A stretch of 64,000 nucleotides of DNA from Deltaproteobacteria bacterium (GTDB lineage Bacteria > Desulfobacterota > GWC2-55-46), in NCBI GenBank assembly GCA_015075075.1, contig JABTVA010000008.1, forward strand, positions 50,215-114,214, written 5' to 3'. Under the pieces are notes generated by a model, which was given only the letters and a program-made list of their open reading frames with translations, was not told the origin of the DNA and did no database searches. Shown here piece by piece: positions 56,498 through 64,000 of the stretch (within the stretch, counting starts at the first letter, position 1; each line of letters opens with the position of its first letter). Position numbers and translations under genes: made by a program.

Positions 56498-56781
56498 GCA
56501 ACCTCTAACAGGCTGCTGAAAAAGTCGTTCTCCGTCGAAGGCTACGTCGCTCGTCACTGCGGCGTACAAGAAAAGTACGCCTCATTCCTCGCTCCTCGAC
56601 GCCTCGCATCTGGAGCTTTTTGAGCAGCCTGAACAAAAACGGAGTTTTTCAGCAAGCTGCCAAGAAAGGATCTTTTCCCCGGACTCTGCTTCGGGCCGGG
56701 AATAAAATGCTATATGCTCCGTTTTTTATTCCCGGCCTTCCGGGAAAAGCGGGAAAAATCTCTGATTTTTTAGAGGTTGCC
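56498..56781. mobile_element. MITE family D with a nested family C MITE (56511-56658)
   Basis: D left TIR 'GGCAACCTCTAACA' at 56498. Directly followed by C 'GGCTGCTGAAAAAG...GAGTTTTTCAGCAAGCTG'. The D body then runs to the right TIR 'TTTTTAGAGGTTGCC' at 56781. Confidence 0.7.
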
Positions 56782-56833
56782 GCCTTATGATATAATTGAA
56801 TGCAGGCCCACAATTCCAGCCCAGGGGGGTGCC

Positions 56834-59277
56834 ATGCCCAGAGAGAAGCGGTTGCCGGTCGAAGAGCTCGCCTGGAGGTGCAGCCCCGAGAGGTTCTCCT
56901 TCGCGACTACTAACGAGCTCGCGTCCCTCCAGGAGATAATAGGCCAGGACAGGGCGCTCCGCTCCATCCAGTTCGGCCTCGGAATAACAAACCACAACTA
57001 TAACATCTTCGTCCTGGGCGACACAGGGGTGGGGAAATCCACCTCGATAAAGGAGATCATAGAGGCCAGGGCCAAGGGCGAGCCCGTGCCGGACGATTGG
57101 TGCTATGTCTTCAACTTCGAGGACGTGGACACGCCGACGGCCATAAGCCTGCCGCCCGGCAGGGGCGCCGACTTCGCCGCCGAAATGGACGAGCTCGTGG
57201 AGACGCTGCTGCGCGACATACCCAAAGTCTTCGAGTCAAAGGACTACGAGAAGCACAGGGACGAGATAATCGAGGGGCAGCAGGAACGGACGAGGTCTCT
57301 CTTTTTCAGGCTCGAGCAGAGGGCCATGGAAAGGGGGCTCGTCCTCAAGAAGACCGTTAGCGGCTTAGCGGTAGTGCCTGCCAAGAACGGCAAGCCCATG
57401 AGCCAGGAGGAGTTCGAGTCCCTGCCGCCAGAGCGGAGGGCCATGATAGAGCAGGACCTGGCCGTCATGCAGGACAAGCTCTCGGACGCCGTCAGGGAGG
57501 CCCGGAACATAGAGAAGGAGACCAAGGAGCGGATAAACGCCCTCGACAGGGAGGTCGTCCAATACGTGGTGAACCCCGCGATAAACGAGCTCCTCGATAA
57601 GTTCAAGGAGTTCAAGGGGGTTGTGGACTACCTCTACAAGGTCAAGGAGAATATCCTGAATAACATCGACGACTTCAGGCCCAAGGAGGAGGTCCCGCTC
57701 GCCATCGGGGGCCTCCGGCTCCAGAAGCCCGAGCCCTCCTTCGAGCGCTACAAGGTGAACCTCTTCGTCGGCAACAGGGAGTCCGAGGGCGCGCCTGTCG
57801 TGTACGAGTCCAACCCCACATACACCAACCTCTTCGGGAGGATCGAGTACAAGGTGCAGCTCGGGGCCGCCACCACCGACTTCACCATGGTAAAGCCCGG
57901 GAGCGTGCACAAGGCAAACGGCGGCTATCTCATCGTCAACGCCCTTGACATACTACGGAACATATTCGTATACGATTCTCTGAAGAGGATGATAAAGAAC
58001 AGGGAGGCGCGCATAGAGGACCCGTGGGAGCAGTACAGGATCGTATCCGCCACGACTTTAAAGCCGGCGCCCATCCCCGTGAACATAAAGCTCGTCATCA
58101 TAGGCGAGCCGTTCATCTACTACCTCCTCTACAACCTCGATACCGAATACAGGAAGTCTTCAAGGTCAAGGCCGACTTCGATACCGTCATGCCGAGGACC
58201 GACGCGAATATCGAGAAGTACGCGTATCATCGCCACCTGGTGCAGGAGGAGGGGCTCATACCCTTCGACAGGACCGGTGTGGGAAAGGTCGTGGAGTTCG
58301 GCGCGCGGCTTGCCGGCGACAGGGAGAAGCTCTCGGCCAGATTTAACGAGGTGACGAACATCATCGTGGAGGCGAGCTACTGGGCCGGTGTCGAGGGGTC
58401 CGGGACCGTCTCGGCCTCGCACGTGGAGAAGGCCGATTCAGAGCGGGTCTACAGGAACTCGAAGTTATCCGATGGAGCCCGACTACATAAGGGAAGATAC
58501 GCTTATGGTCGCCACCGTTGGAAAGATGGCTGCAGGTGAACGGCCTTGCCATCCTCGACCTGGGCGACTACGCCTTCGGCAAGCCTTCGAGGGTAACGGC
58601 CAGGGTCTTCATGGGAGATGCCGGGGTCGTCAACATAGAGCGGGAAGTGAAGATGAGCGGCCGCATACACAACAAGGCCCTCATGATATTCACGAGCTTT
58701 CTGGGCGAGAGGTTCGCCCAGAGTTCCTCTCACCCTCTCGGCGTCCATAACCTTCGAGCAGCTTTATGGAGGATAGAGGGCGACAGCGCGACATGCACGG
58801 AGATATCGCTCCTTATTTCGCCTCTGGCGTGCCTCTGACCAGGACATAGCGGTAACCGGCTCAATGAACCAGCGGGGCGAGGTCCAGCCCATAGCGGCGT
58901 GAACGAGAAGATAGGCGATTTTCGAGATATAAGCGCTGGCGGGCTCACCGGCGGACGGGGTCATAATACCCAGAAGGAACGTCAAGAACCTGATGTCAGA
59001 GGAGGTAATATAGAGGGCAGCGACGGCAAGTTCGCGATATACCCCATAGAGCACGTTGACGAGGGTCTCGAGATATTGACCGGCATGCCGGTCGGGGAAA
59101 GGGACGAGAAGGGAGGCTTCCCTGAGGGGAGCGTGAACCGGCTTGTCGAGGCGAGGCTGGGTCGCCGCTAAGAGCTTCAAGGAGTTCGGAAGGCCCCCGC
59201 CAAAGGAACTGGCCGGCGGCGGAATGGGAGAGGCCGCGAAGGGCACGGACAAGAAGGACGGGAAGGACGGGAAATAA
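56834..59277 (+). pseudogene. Lon-like AAA+ protease (LonB/LonC-type), C-terminal half disrupted by >=6 frameshifts
   Basis: Intact N-part to ~58150 has Walker A 'VLGDTGVGKST'. Downstream Lon S16 blocks are scattered over three frames, e.g. 'LAILDLGDYAFGKPSRVTARVFMGDAGVVNIEREVKMSGRIHNKALMI' and 'PLTQDIAVTGSMNQRGEVQPI'. Confidence 0.6.
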
Positions 59278-59281
59278 GAAG

Positions 59282-59900
59282 ATGCTGGTCTATGAGATAT
59301 TCAAGAGTATCCAGGGGGAGTCGGCCGGCGCTGGCTCCCTGTGTTTTCATAAGGCTTGCGGGCTGCAACCTCGGGTGCAGGTGGTGCGACACCCCTTACG
59401 CCAGGGTCCCTGACGGCGAATGAGCTTCGATAGACGAGGTCATGAGGAGGTTACGCCTACGGGACTGCAGGCTGGTCGAGATAACGGGGCGCCGCTCCAG
59501 GAGGAGACGAAAGAGCTGGCCCGATGCTCGCAGGACAGGGGCGGACCGTGCTCATGGAGACCAACGGCTCCGTGCCGGTCTCAGGCCTCGACGAGAGGGT
59601 CATAAAGATAGTCGATGTGAAGTGCCCGTCCAGCGGGCACGCCGGCTCCTTTCTCCTGAAAACCTCTCCCACATAACCCCGGAGGACGAGGTAAAGCTCG
59701 TGGTCGCGGACAGGGGCGACTACGACTGGGCCAAGGAGTTCATTGAAGAGGTGCTAGGGAAGGAACCGAAAAGTGCTTTTGCGCCCGTGAGGCCCCGATC
59801 TAATCCCAGTGACCCGCCGCCTGATACTTAGGACGGCTGCGGGTCAGTCAGCTCCAGCCCATTCCCACATATGGCCGGAAGAGCGCGGCAGGGCTTTACT
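59282..59900 (+). pseudogene. queE: 7-carboxy-7-deazaguanine synthase, multiply frameshifted
   Basis: '[13 protein letters not shown]..' continues in other frames as '[21 protein letters not shown]', 'VEITGGEP.LQEETKELARCSQDRG' and 'VLMETNGSVPVSGLDERVIKIVDVKCPSSGHAG'. Confidence 0.55.
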
Positions 59901-59930
59901 TTCGGCCTCAATCTGTAAAATCCCTGATAT

Positions 59931-60066
59931 GGCAACCTCTAAAGTGATCTTTTCCCCGGATCTCTTAGTCAGGCCGGAAATAAAATGCTCACATATTGTC
60001 ATATATGCTCCGCTTTTATTCGGCCTTCCTCGATTGTGAGGAAAATCTCCAATTTTAGAGGTTGCC
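59931..60066. mobile_element. MITE family D (intact, perfect TIRs GGCAACCTCTAAA / TTTAGAGGTTGCC)
   Basis: Perfect 13-bp TIRs. The body is homologous to the other D copies. Confidence 0.8.
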
Positions 60067-60157
60067 ATGAATGATATGAACGGAGCCGTCCGGCTTCCTG
60101 CATAGCATCGGGCCCGGCCTGCCGGGTCCGGACACTTAGGAGAGTGTTGGCAGCACG

Positions 60158-60925
60158 ATGAAGCCGTTCCTTATAGCCGCAATTACACTCTATGCCCTGA
60201 GCGTAATCACCGTCGTAATCCACCACGCCTCCGGCTCGGAAAAAGCTCGGGAGCGCGTCCAAATGGCCTCGTCCTGGGCCTCCTTTCGTCCATTCTGGGC
60301 CTAATCGAGCGCATCGTAACAACGGGGCATGCGCCGATGGCCTCCATGTACGAAACGCTCGTCTTTTTCAGCTGGACGACCGTGCTCGTGAGCGCGGTCG
60401 TGATATTCAGGTACGACGAGCGGGAGACCGAGGTCATAACCCTGCCCGTAGCCGTCCTCGCCTCTCTTCTTCGCCCTCGAACGAGAAACCGGGCCGCTTA
60501 CGCTCGTCCTCCGCACCGTCTGGTTCCGAGACGCATCGCTATCCTCCTCGCGGCCTACGCGCTTACCGCGCCTTCTCCGAGCGGTCATATACTTCTGGAA
60601 GAATGAAGGGGTCCGGGCGGAGGACATAAAGAAGTTCCAGGAGATAGCCGCAAAGAGCATATTATGGGGCTTCTTTTTCTTCTCGGCCTCCATGTTCGCC
60701 GGCGCGGTATGGGCGTATCTCGCCTGGGGCACCTACTGGCTCTGGGAGCCTAAGGTAATATGGTCGTTCATAGTCTGGTTCTATTACGCGGGGGCCATGC
60801 ACGCGTGGTACGTGAGGGAGTGGCGCGGCGTGGGGCTCTCCATCGCTACGGTCCTGGGCTTTTTCGTCGTCCTCTTCACCTACCTCGGCGTATCGCTCCT
60901 CATGAAGAGCAGCCACAGCTTCTGA
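60158..60925 (+). pseudogene. ccsA: Cytochrome c-type biogenesis protein CcsA (system II), frameshifted at >=3 sites
   Basis: WWD-type tryptophan-rich motif 'WAYLAWGTYWLWEPKV' with conserved His residues. The N-terminal and middle TM segments lie in different frames (ORFs 60337-60606 and 60692-60925). Confidence 0.55.
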
Positions 60926-60947
60926 GCGCGCGAAACCACCAGCGCGC

Positions 60948-61700
60948 CTATTTTGCCCTCCCCTTCCTCCACCACATGACAGCCGACCTCTTGTGGAACT
61001 TCGCAAGCAGCACGCCCTTTTTCCTGACGAGCTTGCCTCCGAGATAGTCCCTTAATTTCCTGTCGTGCTCCTCGGTCACGATGCCGATGTACTCCTTCCA
61101 GAACTCGATTGCCTCGTCCAGGCTCTCGAAAGGCTGGTCGAAATCGTATTCGATTATCTCGACGTTCGCAAAGACGCCGAGCGAGTGGAGCGCGGAGTAG
61201 GTCTTGAAGTAGTCGGCCCTCTCGCCGAAGGGCTTGTTGAAGAGTAGCGGATAGAGCTCCCTGTAGTAGAACTTGTCGGCCGTGGGGTCTGCGTTCTCGA
61301 TGATGAATACGGCCTTCCTCGCAAGGCGGTCCATCTCCTTGAGGTTCGCCTCGGGCTCGGCGAGTAGCGTGGGGACGTTCGCGCAGATGACCGCGTCGTG
61401 CTGCCTGATCTCCACCTTCCCCCATTCCGCCTGCACAGGCCTTATGTTCCGTATCTTGTCCCTCGCCATGTCCTCCCTGAGTATCTCGATCATGGCAGCC
61501 GACGAGTCGAGCGCCGTAACGCTTTTCCCGGCCTTTGCAAGCGGCATGGCAAGAGTACCGCACCCCGCGCCTATGTCGAGGAAGGTCTTCGCGTCAGCGG
61601 CCCTCGGGAGTATCACAGAGAGCGCCTTCTCGGGAAAATCGGTGTAATCCAGCCCTTTCCTGTACCAATTGGCCTTCAGCCTGTTCCAGAAACCCTGCAT
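60948..61700 (-). CDS. Class I SAM-dependent methyltransferase
   Basis: Motif I 'LDIGAGCGTLA', 250 aa. Confidence 0.75.
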   Translation of the reverse strand: MQGFWNRLKANWYRKGLDYTDFPEKALSVILPRAADAKTFLDIGAGCGTLAMPLAKAGKSVTALDSSAAMIEILREDMARDKIRNIRPVQAEWGKVEIRQHDAVICANVPTLLAEPEANLKEMDRLARKAVFIIENADPTADKFYYRELYPLLFNKPFGERADYFKTYSALHSLGVFANVEIIEYDFDQPFESLDEAIEFWKEYIGIVTEEHDRKLRDYLGGKLVRKKGVLLAKFHKRSAVMWWRKGRAK

Positions 61701-61718
61701 GGGAGACTGCCCTCCTTC

Positions 61719-64000
61719 TTATTCGAATAGCCTGAACGGGGCCCTCAAAAGCCTCTCGATGATGCCGAAGACGTTCCTTCTTATGGATTTTACCGGCAAC
61801 GGCGTGACCGACGGCTTCCTCAGGTCGCCTTCCATTTCGAAATAGAGGCTCACGGCGCTGTCATTGTCGCCTGTTATCACCCAGCCCGCAAGCGGTATGT
61901 TGGATATGAGCCTGTCCAGGGTGACGAAGGGATGGAGCGCGATTGTAGCGTCTATGGCCAGCGCCGGGGTGTTTATCTCGCCGACCGCGGACATGCGCAT
62001 GACGTTGCTGTCGAGGAAGAGGTCGTCCGTCGAGATAACGCCGTCCGTCATCGTGAATCTTCCCTCTATGCCCCTGTGCGGCAGGCCCGAGCCGCGCAGC
62101 AGCTCGTCTATCGTGAGTATGTTCACTATGGCGAAGATGTCGGATATGAAGCCGAAACGCCAGAGCCTGCCGCCTCCAGTGGAGAGGGCCGCGTAGCCGT
62201 TAAGGCCCTGCCGGAAGGGCTCTGCCCCCCTCGTGCCCGAAAGGAGCAGGCTTCCGCCGAGGGCGCCGGAGAGGACCCTCCTTTTCACGCCAAAGGCCTC
62301 GATCATGCTCCTCGTCTCGACGTTGGCAAGGTTGAGGTCCGTCGTGAAGACGAGGGGCTCGTCCTTGTCGATAAAGTATATCGCGCTCCCTGAAACCGTG
62401 CCCTCGTGCATTTTGACGGACGCCGGGTTGAAAATGGCGATATTCCTCCCGAGCTCGACGTTTGTCGAAAAGGACTCGAACCGGTGCCCCCAGAGTGTCC
62501 CTTCCGCCGCGCTTATCGAGCCCGCGCCATTGAGCTTCACCGCTTCCTTTCGGAGCCTTTCCCGGAACCCCTCCCCTCCGTCCTCCTTCTCCTCCCTCTT
62601 CCTCGGGAGGACGTCCGTTATATGGAAGCCTGGGAAGTCTATTGAGAAGCCCACGATCCTTTCAGCTATATTGACGAGGTCTACCCTCCCGTTCATGCGC
62701 GTTGAGCCCGTAGCGACGTTCCCGATGATGAGAGAGGCGCTGTTGCCCTTGAGCTCGGCTCGCACCTCCACGTTCTCTATCGGGTTTTTAAAGAGCCTGG
62801 TTTCGAACCGGCCTTCCCTTATGCCGAGCGCTCCTTCATAAACCGGCTTTTCACCGGGCGCCTTTTGAGTCCTTACGGAAAAAGAAACGAGGCCCGAGGA
62901 GGGGAAGTCCTTCCTGAGGAGCGGGGATACCTCGTCAAGGTCGGCTATGAGAAGCCCGTCGGATTCGAGGGATAGGGCGTAGCCGCCCTCGCCCCTGAAC
63001 GAGCCGCTCCCGCTTACAGCCGACCCCCCTATGTTCACGCGCGCCTCTTCGACAACCATCTCCCCGTTCCTCCGCCCTCCGGCGGCAAAGACCCGGAGCG
63101 GGAAGCCTTCGGCCTTCTCGACCAGCCTCCCGAAGGATACCCGGGAGCCTGTCGCGTCGACCTCGGCCCTTGCGCTCCAGTCTTTTGGCCTGCCCTCAGC
63201 CGTCAGGGAGAATGGCATTGCTCCGGCGACCATGATTTCGCCGTCCCTTTTTAAAAACGCCTTGAGCGCTTCGGCATTCAGGCCGCCGCTCGCAGCCAGG
63301 TTAAAGCGCGGGCCGGGCATCCTGTAGCCTTCGACGACGCCGGAAAGGGCGACGGTCGAGCCCTCGACAATCGCCCTCGCTTCATGGACGCGGAGAGTGT
63401 CTTTGTCAAACGAGGCGTTTGCGTCAAGGGAGCTTATTTTCGCGGGTATGCCCTCGTAGGAGAGCGCGCCTTCGTTTATTACGGCATCCCCGGCGTAGTC
63501 AAGCGGGATCCTTTTCCGAAGCGCCCCTGAAAGGGTGGCGTTTAAAAGCATGCTCCCTTTAACGTCAGCCTTTGCGAGCCTTTTTTTAACCTCCCCTTTG
63601 GTAAAGCCCTGTATGAGGCCTGCGGTCTCTTCCATGTCCATCGAGGCCTCGAACGAGGCGTCAAACGGGGCATCGCCTGAGAGGTCCCTTGCCGTGCCGC
63701 CGAGGCTCCTTATTATTTCTTTTCCGTACCGTCCGGAAAAGCCGGATACGGTCAGGACCGAGTCCTTGAAGGAGACCTTCCCGGAGACGTCCTGGAAGGG
63801 CCTTTCGAGCCCCTTGTACCTGAACGCGGCGTTGTCGATGGACGCGGAAGCTGACGCGCTTACCTGTCCCTCGAGTAGAGGCTTCAATTTAAGCCCGTCG
63901 AGGCGGCCTTTCATCCTTAGCTCGTCAAGCGTTATGGTGCCGCCGAGCGGCAGGACCGTCGCTATCCTTTCGGCGGCCCTTGCGGGCATGGCCCTTACAG
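61719..64000 (-). CDS. AsmA/TamB-like (DUF3971-type) envelope protein, N-terminus beyond window
   Basis: 756+ aa beta-rich protein with repetitive Gly/Ser-rich segments. The reading frame is open past the listed Met to the window edge. Confidence 0.5.
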   Translation of the reverse strand, partial: VRAMPARAAERIATVLPLGGTITLDELRMKGRLDGLKLKPLLEGQVSASASASIDNAAFRYKGLERPFQDVSGKVSFKDSVLTVSGFSGRYGKEIIRSLGGTARDLSGDAPFDASFEASMDMEETAGLIQGFTKGEVKKRLAKADVKGSMLLNATLSGALRKRIPLDYAGDAVINEGALSYEGIPAKISSLDANASFDKDTLRVHEARAIVEGSTVALSGVVEGYRMPGPRFNLAASGGLNAEALKAFLKRDGEIMVAGAMPFSLTAEGRPKDWSARAEVDATGSRVSFGRLVEKAEGFPLRVFAAGGRRNGEMVVEEARVNIGGSAVSGSGSFRGEGGYALSLESDGLLIADLDEVSPLLRKDFPSSGLVSFSVRTQKAPGEKPVYEGALGIREGRFETRLFKNPIENVEVRAELKGNSASLIIGNVATGSTRMNGRVDLVNIAERIVGFSIDFPGFHITDVLPRKREEKEDGGEGFRERLRKEAVKLNGAGSISAAEGTLWGHRFESFSTNVELGRNIAIFNPASVKMHEGTVSGSAIYFIDKDEPLVFTTDLNLANVETRSMIEAFGVKRRVLSGALGGSLLLSGTRGAEPFRQGLNGYAALSTGGGRLWRFGFISDIFAIVNILTIDELLRGSGLPHRGIEGRFTMTDGVISTDDLFLDSNVMRMSAVGEINTPALAIDATIALHPFVTLDRLISNIPLAGWVITGDNDSAVSLYFEMEGDLRKPSVTPLPVKSIRRNVFGIIERLLRAPFRLFE

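Noticed and set aside
1-64000. Search for tRNA, rRNA and CRISPR arrays
   Set aside because: No cloverleaf-compatible 70-90-nt segments with T-loop GTTCRA, no rRNA-like conserved stretches, and no regularly spaced direct repeats were found. The many short repeats are TIR-bounded MITEs.

Overview
This is a GC-rich (~62%) bacterial chromosomal segment, probably from an anaerobic, cytochrome-c-rich organism. It shows a system-II cytochrome c maturation gene (ccsA), the anaerobic cobalamin pathway, RNase J and an MshE-like ATPase. Lineage is not assignable from sequence alone.

Core content, 5' to 3':
- An MFS transporter, a U32 peptidase and ssb.
- A tandem array of four paralogous GT-C-like membrane proteins with C-terminal TPR repeats (3.1-10.1 kb).
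- plsC, RNase J, a DUF362/ferredoxin protein and an orphan MshE/GspE-type ATPase.
- A triheme cytochrome c next to a LuxR/LuxI-type quorum-sensing locus. The luxI lies on the minus strand and is absent from the ORF track because it is multiply frameshifted.
- radC and a hybrid PAS histidine kinase flanked by two copies of a MITE.
- Small secreted/heme proteins, DUF72, and an inositol-3-phosphate synthase paired with a TIM-barrel isomerase.
- A polyprenyl-phosphate-sugar glycosylation module: GT-C, a UDP-sugar dehydrogenase, an SDR epimerase/decarboxylase, a GT2 DPM1-like enzyme and a second membrane protein.
- A TrmJ-like methyltransferase and a diadenylate-cyclase-domain protein.
- A cobalamin-riboswitch-controlled anaerobic cbi cluster: cbiX-cbiC fusion, cbiMN, cbiQ, cbiO, a CbtB-like peptide, cbiD, cbiET, cbiL, cbiF, cbiG and cbiH. 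VanZ, creatininase-family and deoB genes sit inside it.
- An HTH-PilZ fusion and a PAS histidine kinase.
- A Moco-riboswitch-like leader followed by modABC, and a CDF transporter.
- A heavily frameshifted Lon-like protease, queE and ccsA.
- A SAM methyltransferase and an AsmA/TamB-like protein that runs off the window end.

Intergenic DNA is saturated with at least five families of short TIR-bounded repeat elements (MITE-like, 120-170 bp), several nested inside one another. I found no rRNA, tRNA or CRISPR.

Caveat: many genes carry single-base frameshifts, often at G/C homopolymers. Individual pseudogene calls may be assembly indels and need read-level confirmation.
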